Positions 54,539-64,000 of a stretch of DNA of 64,000 bases are shown here, in pieces. A program made the position numbers and the translations under genes. The notes under the pieces were generated by a model, which made no database searches, was not told the origin of the DNA, and worked only from the letters and a program-made list of their open reading frames with translations. Source of the stretch: Octopus vulgaris. Its lineage: Eukaryota. The stretch spans positions 29,512,001 to 29,576,000 of the forward strand of contig OX597824.1 of NCBI GenBank assembly GCA_951406725.2, read 5' to 3'. Position 1 is the stretch's first letter. The number at the start of each line of letters is the position of its first letter.

Positions 54539-54666
54539 ATAAACTGACAGACGTGTGGACAGATAGACAGACAGACAGATACATAGATAGGCAGACAGAC
54601 AGAGAGACAAACTGACTAACAGGCAGTCATGCAGACTGGCAGACAGACATCAGGTAGATAGACGGC

Positions 54667-54705
<39 letters not shown>

Positions 54706-54807
54706 ACAGACAGACAAACAGGCAGACTGACAGGTAGTCAGGTAGGTAAGCAGACAGATATACAAAGAAATAGATCGACAAACAGATAGATCAACAAACA
54801 GATAGAC

Positions 54808-54845
<38 letters not shown>

Positions 54846-55691
54846 ACAGACAGACAGACAGGTTGGTAGGTAGGTAGATAGATTATTCAGTGATAATTTA
54901 CAGAACTTACTAGTTGCATTAGAAGTCTTACAAAGCGCAATCTCTCAGCACACACATACATGTGCATACACATACACAAACTAAAATGATTTCACATACG
55001 AAAATAAAATATATAACATAATACAAAAAAAAAACTTTACATACACAGAAAAAACGTACATACAATAATTAAAAAACCTAAATAAAAATGGATAAAAACG
55101 AATACAGCCTGCTAACGATCGTAAGGTGTCCTTTCTTGGTAGATCTTTGCCAAAGAAGGAAGCAATTTTCCGCTTGTGTTTATTTTGAATTCGATATTGT
55201 TGTGTAAGAAGTTGATACGAGAAAGCAATGACCTCTTGTGCCAAACTCTTTACATTTGTCCGTTAAATAGTCAACAATAGAAATATTGGTGTCCACCGAG
55301 GAATATAATAAAAGGACAATGATGAGTTATGAAAATATTTCGTCTTAACGTTGAATTGAACCAGAATTAAACCGTTTGCCAGCTCTTCTTTGTGTTTGTA
55401 AAGTCGTGAAAACAACAGTAACAACATGGTTGCTGTTCTGTTTTGGTAGGGGAATTAACGAAGATGGTGGCGGTGGTGGTGTTGGCGGTGGCGGCGGCGG
55501 CGGCGGTAGGGGTGGTGGTTGCTGTAGTGGCAGCGGTGGCGGTGGTGATTGCTGTGTTGGCGGCGGTGGTAGCGGTGGCGTTGGCGGTTCCGGTACCGGT
55601 GGTGATGATGGTGGTAGTGGTGGCATCTTGTTTAGATAGATAATTCAGTCCCTATATACGTGTATATCATATGTATATATATATATATACA

Positions 55692-55730
<39 letters not shown>

Positions 55731-56218
55731 CTGCTTCACAATTCTGCACTCTACCTTCAAGTATGTGTATGCGCGTGGTTTGGTGGTAAGGCGTTGGACT
55801 CATAATCGTAAGATTGTGATTTTTGATTCTTGGTCCAGTAAAATATTTCATTTAACGTTGTCCCGATCCACTCATCTAGTAAAGATATGGAGAAGTAACG
55901 ACAAATTTGAAAAGCCGGCGAAGGCTTTTGTGTAGTTTGTCTTGTACTCTGTTTTTCGTTGTAAAAAGAATGGTCTGTTCCATGCTTGTTTTTTCCGTTT
56001 TCGATTCTCGTTGAGTTCTACGTCTATTTGTGGTGTCCTGTACTCACGTATATATATTTATATATGCATGTATATATACATGTAGATGTAGTTACGTACA
56101 TATATGTATGTATGTATGCATATATTTTATTTATTACACTATTGTATGACTGAGCGCCCTCGCGTCGATTCGATTCGATTCGTTCGTTTCGTTCCGTTCT
56201 TCTTCTTCAAGTACTGTT

Positions 56219-56259
<41 letters not shown>

Positions 56260-56277
56260 ATTCTCTTATTGATTTAT

Positions 56278-56720
56278 ACTTTTACTTGTTCCAGTCATTT
56301 CACACCGGCCATGCTGGAGCACCGGCTTTAGTCGAACAAATCGACACCAGGACTTATTGATTGTAAGCCTAGTACTTATTCTATCGGATTCTTTTGCCGA
56401 GCCGCTAGGTGACGGGGACGTAAATACACCAACAACGGTTATCAAGAGATGATAGGGGACAAATACAGACACTAAAGCACGCACATACACTAACACACAC
56501 AAACACACACTCACACAGACACACGCACATATGTATATATATACGACGGGCTTCTTTCAGTTTCCGTCAACCAAATCTATTCACAAGGCTTTGGTCAACC
56601 CGAGGCTATAGCAGAAGACATTTACCCAAAATGGCACGCAGTCGGACTGAACCCTGAAACGTGTGGTTTGGAAGCAAGCGTCTTACCACACTGCTACTTC
56701 AGCGCATATAGCCACTCTTG
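56278..56720 (-). mobile_element. CORE-like tRNA SINE
   Basis: Same family as 6-416. Confidence 0.8.
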
Positions 56721-56948
56721 CGGTTGTATATATATATATATATATATATATAATTGAATGATCAATTTTAAATACTATTGGAACTTATTCTCAAGGTACA
56801 GGAATCTTATACGTATACCATTCTGCCTAAACAATGGAACTGAAGATACAATATCCCTGCATATCTCACATCTATTTTCATTCCTCCACTTCACTCTCTA
56901 TTTCATATCTTTTCTAGAATAACTATAGCTTAACCATCTTCTCACACC

Positions 56949-56996
56949 GTCTCCGATGAAGGGATATATAAAATATCCCAGAAACAGCTGTAAGAC
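56949..56996 (+). ncRNA. Minimal type-I hammerhead ribozyme motif (CCGATGA core) in a ~300-bp module between (TA)n tracts
   Basis: GTCT CCGATGA A GGGATAT ATAAA ATATCCC A GAAAC AGCT GTA AGAC: 4-bp stem I, 7-bp stem II, palindromic ACAGCTGT helix III, GUA site. Confidence 0.75.
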
Positions 56997-57056
56997 CTAT
57001 TTATAAATGTTCTGAAACCTTTATAGCCTTGGATTTTTATCACATTCTGTTAATTC

Positions 57057-57129
<73 letters not shown>

Positions 57130-57257
57130 TAAAAGAATTCCAACCTTGTCTGATTTTCACGTTTTATTTACAATCTTATAATGATATATTATAAGATAAT
57201 ATATTATAATTGAATAAAATAAAATGAAATAGTAGAATGTTAAATATTCATTCTGAT

Positions 57258-57302
57258 TGAACTAGTACTTTCATGCATTGAATTCTGCAATCTTCGGGTT
57301 CA
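57258..57302 (-). ncRNA. Minimal type-I hammerhead ribozyme of the Penelope-like element (CCGAAGA core)
   Basis: Minus strand TGAAC CCGAAGA T TGCA GAATTCAA TGCA T GAAA GTAC TA GTTCA: 5-bp stem I, palindromic AGTACT helix III, CUA site; same strand as the ORF. Confidence 0.75.
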
Positions 57303-57339
57303 TGTAGTAGTGTTGACAGTCATGCTTCACAATTTTTGA

Positions 57340-57480
57340 CTGTAGCAAGATGAGTGATTCTGTGCTATAAATACAGCTGGGTAGGCTCCAGAGTGCTAGG
57401 TTTTGCAAACTGTATTCTGACCAATCAGTGTGTAGTATCACTCAATTACTTAAGCTGATTGGTTGGTTGAGCTGATTGGT
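57340..57480 (-). promoter_or_regulatory. Putative pLTR Pol II promoter
   Basis: Three ACCAATCAG boxes (two on -, one on +), TATTTATA at 57367-57374 on -, and an Inr-like ACAGTC about 30 nt downstream, just upstream of the hammerhead. Confidence 0.45.
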
Positions 57481-57796
57481 TTAGGCATCACGCTTTGTTG
57501 GACAGGTCAAGAGTCCTGTATCTTGACCCTGGCCGAAGCAGCAATTGTTGGGTTATTTTTAGAAATGTTGTAAATATCCTTTGTCAGAGATTTTTATATT
57601 TTTATATTTCAATTGTCATCATCATCATTGTCAGCACCTTAATTATTGTTGCTAGTGGTGATGGTGGTGGCAATAGAACTTTTAACCCTAAATAAGATAA
57701 TTTTCCTGCTATCTTCGTCTTGATCACCTTTAGTATTGTTGTTGTTGTTAGTGGTCATGGTCGTAGCAGTGGAAGTAATACCTCTAAGTATTATTA

Positions 57797-60061
57797 TTAT
57801 TGCTTATTTAGCTTGGGTTCGAATTTATCAATAAAATTCTTTTCTCTGATTTTCCTCTCGATTTCACTTGGGCTGTGTAATTTGTAGAATGGAAATATTA
57901 TATATATTTTCCGACCACATGTTGCTAGGTGGTTACTCAAAGGTATCTGACGGACCTCTGGGTCTCTAATCTGTTGCCGGTGTACACGTGAGCGTTCTAA
58001 TAGTGCGTTTCCCGTCTGACCTACATATATTTCTTCACAATTTGGGCATTTGATGCAGTAAATTAAATTTCTGCTTTTGCAGTTCATATTCGCGTTTGTG
58101 AATATTTTCCCGGTTTTTGTGTTTATATATTGACCGGTATGTATGAATTGGCATGTGCCACATCGGCTATCATTGCATTTAGATACCGTGAATGTTTGGT
58201 CTTTGTTGCTGAGGTCAAATTTTGCCTTTGTTAGTAATGTTTTCAAGTTTTTAGGCTGTCTTTTACTAAGCACCATAGCTCGATCCTTGATTATGTCTTT
58301 TAATTCATTACTTTGGGCAATGATTGGTAGGTTTGCTTTGGCAATGTTGAAGATATTCTGGTGACATGGGTTGTGTGTCACTATGAATGGTATGACTTGT
58401 TCTTGTTTTCCTCTTCCTTGGGTTGTCCTAAGTTGTTGTATAGGTATTTTTATAGCCCGCTGTATGCCATTTTCTATAAGTAGAGATGGGTATTTTTGTT
58501 TGAGCAAAAATTCTCTTAGTTCTATTAGGCGTTTGTTCCTGATATTTGCATCTTCTACAATAGTACAAATTCTTCTGGCTAGGCAGTATGGGATGTTACG
58601 TTTTGTATGTGGTGGATGGCACGACTTAAAATTTAGGTATTGATGTGTGTCTGTGTGTTTATAGTATATATCTGTGGTGATGGTGGTGTCTTTTTTAATT
58701 ACCATTATATCCAGGAATGGTAATTTGGTACTACTCATCTCCTTTGTAAATTTGAGAGATGGGTGTAGGTTGTTCAGGAGGATATTGAACTCTTCCAGAG
58801 TATTTAGAGATTCTGTCCAGATTATGAAACAGTCGTCTAGGTATCTCTTCCATGCCTTTTCAATATACTTTCTAAATCCAGTGCCATAGTTTACCTCCAC
58901 CTCTTGGTAGAGTTGTTCTTCTAAGTATCCCATTACAGAGTTGGCGTAAACGGGAGCAAACCTCGTTCCCATCGCCGTGCCTCTAATTTGGATGTAATTC
59001 TTTCCATTGAAGAAGAATGTGTTATTTTCTAGAATAAGTTTGACTGTGTCTAATATAAATGGCACTGTGAATCTGCTGGGAATCACTTCTCTATGTTTTT
59101 CTAACCAGTATTTAATCGCCTTTATTCCTAAATCGTGTGGAATATTGGTGTAGAGGCTTACCACATCAAAACTTAGTAAAACTGAATTTGTTTCTGTTGT
59201 TTTGGGAAGATGGGACAGGAAGTCGATGTCATCCCTGATGAAACTTGGTATGTAAGTACATAGTGGTTTCAAAACAATGTCAATAAAATTGCTTAGACGG
59301 TGTGTAGGGCATGCTGGACCAGCTATAATAGGTCTAAGTTTTAGGTCTTTTGGATGTAATAATTTTATGTACTCACTTTCTTGTTCTTTTACTGCCTGTT
59401 GAATGTTTTTTGATTTGTGTATTTTTGGTAAGCCGTAGAAGTTGCTGGGTTTTGGTTCAAAATTGGTGATGTAGTCTTTTTCATTATCCGTAAGTGAGTT
59501 GTGGTGTGTTGAAATCAGGTTGTTGATCTTTTTCATGATGTGGTGGTCTATATTTGCGGGTATTTCACAATAGAAGGTTGTATCCTTCAGTTGGTCTTCA
59601 ACCAAATCCTTATAGTATTCGGTATCCATAATAACAATTGCACCACCTTTATCTGCTTGTTTAATTATTATTGTTTGATCGTTTTGTATACGTTTACATG
59701 CAGACATCTCTGATTTGCTAATGTTTGGCCTAACATTGGTATTGCGTCTAAGGGGAAATTTAGACAGGATATCAATGTATTGGTCAAGGTAGTTATTTCT
59801 TCCTTTTGGTGGGGTGAAATTTGATTTATTCCTTACTAGGGATTCATCAATCTCATTACTTTTGTTAGCGAAGAATTCTACAAGTCGTAATTTTCGACAG
59901 AATTTTTGGATATCCTCCTTTAATTCTTGGTGGTTGGCTGTTGGTGTAGGTGTGAATTTCAGTCCTTTTGACAGAAGTTGGATTTCATCATTGTCAAGAT
60001 CTCTTTTTGATAAATTAATTATTTTAGGATCTATACGTTCAGTTGTTTGGGGTATGCACAT
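57797..60061 (-). CDS. Penelope-like reverse transcriptase / GIY-YIG endonuclease (Neptune type), 754 aa, N-terminus probably truncated
   Basis: INLS..LSKGLKF, ADKGG, FYGLPKIHK, LRPII, SFDVVSLYTNIP, GTAMG, RYLDD, FLDI, YLNFKSCHP; C-x4-C-x2-C linker; LIYCIKCPNCEEIYVGQT..R..H..H..E..LN GIY-YIG; no stops or frameshifts. Confidence 0.95.
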   Translation of the reverse strand: MCIPQTTERIDPKIINLSKRDLDNDEIQLLSKGLKFTPTPTANHQELKEDIQKFCRKLRLVEFFANKSNEIDESLVRNKSNFTPPKGRNNYLDQYIDILSKFPLRRNTNVRPNISKSEMSACKRIQNDQTIIIKQADKGGAIVIMDTEYYKDLVEDQLKDTTFYCEIPANIDHHIMKKINNLISTHHNSLTDNEKDYITNFEPKPSNFYGLPKIHKSKNIQQAVKEQESEYIKLLHPKDLKLRPIIAGPACPTHRLSNFIDIVLKPLCTYIPSFIRDDIDFLSHLPKTTETNSVLLSFDVVSLYTNIPHDLGIKAIKYWLEKHREVIPSRFTVPFILDTVKLILENNTFFFNGKNYIQIRGTAMGTRFAPVYANSVMGYLEEQLYQEVEVNYGTGFRKYIEKAWKRYLDDCFIIWTESLNTLEEFNILLNNLHPSLKFTKEMSSTKLPFLDIMVIKKDTTITTDIYYKHTDTHQYLNFKSCHPPHTKRNIPYCLARRICTIVEDANIRNKRLIELREFLLKQKYPSLLIENGIQRAIKIPIQQLRTTQGRGKQEQVIPFIVTHNPCHQNIFNIAKANLPIIAQSNELKDIIKDRAMVLSKRQPKNLKTLLTKAKFDLSNKDQTFTVSKCNDSRCGTCQFIHTGQYINTKTGKIFTNANMNCKSRNLIYCIKCPNCEEIYVGQTGNALLERSRVHRQQIRDPEVRQIPLSNHLATCGRKIYIIFPFYKLHSPSEIERKIREKNFIDKFEPKLNKQ

Positions 60062-60427
60062 ATGTGCATGTACGTGTGTGTATGTGTTTGTTTTTATATC
60101 GAGTTATAAGAGTTATGATAAAATCAATTCAATATTAAACTGAAGAGTTTCAATACTTATTGCAGAGTACATTTTTGTCATACCTATCACTGTTACAAGG
60201 ATAGGAATGAAAACGACATGAAAGCTTTCACCTGCTCGCCTTCACTGGCGTTCATATGACTGTTAACCATAGTCTGATGAAAGCTAGCAGACCGAAACTT
60301 TGAAGGACGTGTGTATATATGTATATGAGTGTGTGTGTGTGTGTGTGTGCGTGTGTGTGTGTGTGTGCGTGTGTGTGTGTATATATATAAATATGTAGAG
60401 AGAGAGATTGAGAGATAGATGGGTATA

Positions 60428-60491
<64 letters not shown>

Positions 60492-60902
60492 ATATCGCTA
60501 CACACATACACACTCGCACATAAACGCACATGCATATTTAGGTGCCTTTATGTAGTACTTAAATATTTCCTGTATTTGTTTTTGGGTTTTTTTTTCAGTT
60601 ATTCTTTGACACTTTCTTGGTAGTTTTAAAGTTTACTTTTAGCTTCCCTACAAAGCTGCTTTCCTTTTCTCAACTCTGTATGAAACTATTTTTAACAAAG
60701 CAGGGAAACTTTTGAGTTTTCGGAGTTGGTTTTTTTCCTTCCATGCTCCTCCAACTACACAAACATGTAATACATACATGCATACATACATACATACATA
60801 CATACATACATACATACATACATACATACATACATGCATGCATGCATGCATACATACATACATACATGCATACATACATACATACATGCATACAAACATA
60901 CA

Positions 60903-60938
<36 letters not shown>

Positions 60939-61839
60939 TATGTAGTTGGAGGAGCGTGGAAGACTATATATATATAAGTACACATGCACACATATATATA
61001 TACTTATATATACATATATATAAATATATATATACACAAATATATGCATGTATATACATACAAATATATTCATATATATATATATATACATATATATACA
61101 TATGTATGTAAGTATTATGTATGTTTGTATGTATGTACGTATATGTATATGTATTTATATATATTTTATCATTTCCTTTATCCATATTGCAAAAAAAAAT
61201 ACTAGATTTCATCGTCCTTGACAACCATTAACTTCTGTTTCCTGTACACAAAACAACCGCGCGAATGTAATAACAATATTCACCAAAGTCCATACGGTTA
61301 TATTCCCCGATATTCACCTTCTGTAACCCTGATGGTCTTAGACAAACGTTAATATCACTGTAGCTGCCACGTAGGTACCCATGTGAATCATACGCAAAAA
61401 CACGAGAAAACAATTGCGCACAAGATCACAGCGCCATTACCAACCAATACAGCTATATATATATACTCTTGGCACCAACAACAACAGCAACAACAACAGC
61501 TGCAGCAGCAGCAGGAACAGCAACAATAACAACGCCGATGACGACGACGACAACAAGAATAACGATCCAATAAAGTGGAATATCTATGTAGTCTCTTAAC
61601 CTGCAGAAAATAGTAGCCACACCTCCCTCTATTTTACTGTTCTGTTTTATAAAAGAGGTAAAAAATAAAATAAAATACTCAAAAAGCCCAACATATTGAA
61701 TGATATTGTAGTCTTAGATACATTATGTCTGTAAAAAATGTATGAAATCAAAAGAAATAATAGCTAAGGCGTGAATATCTTTGATCATAAGTCTGAAATC
61801 ACTTGAAGCTAAACAGAAAAAAAGCTGCTTCTGCTGCTG

Positions 61840-61862
61840 TTACTACTATTACTACTACTACA

Positions 61863-61935
<73 letters not shown>

Positions 61936-62013
61936 CCAACAACAAAAACGATAATAATAATAATAATAATAATAATAATGGTAATAATAATAATAATAAT
62001 AACATTAATAATA

Positions 62014-62052
<39 letters not shown>

Positions 62053-62062
62053 GTAATAATAT
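61840..62062. repeat. (TAA)n microsatellite
   Basis: Directly visible. Confidence 0.95.
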
Positions 62063-62897
62063 GCTATAAGATAAATCAACAATGCAATGCGTTATTTTGT
62101 GTCTTTTTACACGTACATACTTTACATTTCGTCCACCTTAATCTATAGAAATATCTACAATTTTTTTTTTACCCTAAAATTCTTATTACTTTCACGTATG
62201 TGCTTCCATATTAACTACCAAAAGATATTTCTTTCAGATAAACATCTTCAACCATATTTTCTTTTTCTTCTACGTAACTTCTAATACGGGTATCATTCAA
62301 AGAAATAGATTTTTTGCGGGGTTGTTTTGCAGACTTTTTTCTTCTGTTTTTATGTCTGTTGTTATTTCTTTTTTATGACTATTTAGTTATTGTCCATTTT
62401 TCTCTCAATTCTTCCGTTTCCGCCATGTTTTTTTATCCGTTTTATTTTCTGTTTTTTTCGCTTCATCTTTTTTCAACAGCTTCCACATCTCCGAGCAACA
62501 AGCTAACTTAACATTTGATTAACACACACAACATTATAATAAAGTAAGTTTTTGGAAAGATCTATATAGAAAAGAATAAATAATAAGACGCTCAAATAAA
62601 AAAAAAACTATTGCTAAATATGGAAGACATTTTTTTCTTATTATTCTTATCCATTATTAGTAAAAAAAATATGCAATAACAAGTTTCGAATATCTCGGAG
62701 AAAGATGAATTCTTGTGGAAGTTGACAGTTAGAGCTCTAGGTAACAAGTTTCCCTTTTCGGGTGTTTATGGTGCTTCTTGTAAACACGCAAACTAAAACT
62801 AAACAAGATAAGAATGAGCTACAATCAATGAATATGAATAGGTTTGCATCCTATATGATACGTGATACCCATACATAGGCGTATATAATATATGCAA

Positions 62898-62950
<53 letters not shown>

Positions 62951-62998
62951 CATAGCTATATTTCATTGTGTATATATATACGTATATATGTGGTTATG

Positions 62999-63031
<33 letters not shown>

Positions 63032-63200
63032 ATGTGTGTGTGTTTATGTATCTATACTTATATATATATACATACACACATGTATATATATATATATTTA
63101 TGTACGTATATATATATGTATGTATGTATATACATAGACATATATATATATATATATAAGCATTTGTATATATATGTATATATGTATATATATATACATT

Positions 63201-63249
<49 letters not shown>

Positions 63250-63809
63250 ATAGATAGATAGATAGAGAGAGAGAGGGGGGATGTGTATAATGCGAGAAAT
63301 CTCATACAAAACGTTCCAAAATTAGTTGTCAGTAGCATTTTATTCAGTGGGAAAACAAAAGAGAAGACAATAAAATATATATTACTGATAATAGGTACAT
63401 AATAATTAAGTGTCATTATATAAATCATCATTAAATAATAAATTAAATAGAGTACGTGTATATATATACTATGTAGTTAAGTGGGTATTCATAGACAGAT
63501 AAAGGGATGTATCTATACTACAATTAAGTTGCTTAATAATTAGTTGTATGTAGCATTTAATATTATATTAAAAGGAAACAATTACTTAAGCCTAAAAACT
63601 TTTTGTAAATTCTAATTTCAATATATATATATATATATACATATATAATTATTAATATTTGAGGGAATAAAATCCAAAACTGACAAGGAAAAAAATTAAA
63701 TTTAGAAGTACTAAATCAAATTTCACACAATATAATATATGTATTAAAAAAATTAGTAAAAAAACACCCTTTATCAATTCAAAATGAACAATTAAATTAC
63801 ACCATCTAG

Positions 63810-64000
63810 AAAATTACATATAATAGAAATATTAAAATAAATATAAAAATAAAATATCTATAATTAAGTAAATTGTAAAAAAATAATAAAAACGTGTATA
63901 ATTATACCATTTATATACGTTTTTTTTTTTTTTGCAATTTACTTAATTATTGATATTTTATTTTTATATTTATTTTTATATTTCTATTATATGTAATTTT
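63810..64000. repeat. AT-rich fold-back, right arm runs off the window end
   Basis: AAAATTACATATAATAGAAATAT...TAATTAAGTAAATTG pairs with CAATTTACTTAATTA...ATATTTCTATTATATGTAATTTT; centre ~63905. Confidence 0.8.

Larger units (their letters stand above)
57126..60061 (-). mobile_element. Penelope-like element (Neptune type), 5'-truncated, with 3' pLTR region ending at (TA)n
   Basis: RT-GIY-YIG ORF, then ~670 bp containing CCAAT/TATA-like motifs, a hammerhead motif and AATAAA (57163-57168 on -). Confidence 0.9.

Noticed and set aside
55345-55643. Pro-rich / Gly-rich ORFs
   Set aside because: Degenerate (GGY)n microsatellite with no splice or domain support
57300-57800. SECIS or selenocysteine recoding as in Naiad-type PLEs
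   Set aside because: The ORF has no in-frame TGA and ends in TAA; no SECIS fold recognised
60268-60305. CTGATGA...GAAAC upstream of the PLE ORF as that element's 5' ribozyme
   Set aside because: Opposite strand to the ORF, unrelated to the 57258 motif, and poorly paired; kept only as a weak remnant

Overview
Eukaryotic, AT-rich, microsatellite-dense non-genic DNA. The SINE complement points to a coleoid cephalopod (Octopus-like); this is inferred from recalled repeat families, not a search. No host exon could be supported, and nearly all ORF-track entries are translations of simple repeats. Real coding sequence is limited to retroelements: (1) an uninterrupted 754-aa Penelope-like element ORF (RT + Cys-rich linker + GIY-YIG, Neptune type) at 57797-60061 (-); (2) a 5'-truncated R4/Dong-type RLE LINE with two in-frame stops, sitting in (TAA)n at ~3199-4877 (+), plus several 3'-end copies also in (TAA)n; (3) two RTE LINE fragments, one with a twin-priming-type inversion. 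At least four tRNA-derived SINE families, a probable non-autonomous Helitron, fold-back elements and two tRNA-Arg(CCT)-like pseudogenes fill much of the rest. The main hidden signal is a set of about 8-10 type-I hammerhead-ribozyme-like motifs from several unrelated sequence families. Most have a minimal palindromic helix III, and several have a CCGANGA core. One lies in the 3' region of the Penelope-like element; the others lie in short non-coding modules that abut (TA)n and often have inverted or direct terminal duplications. Repeat boundaries are approximate.
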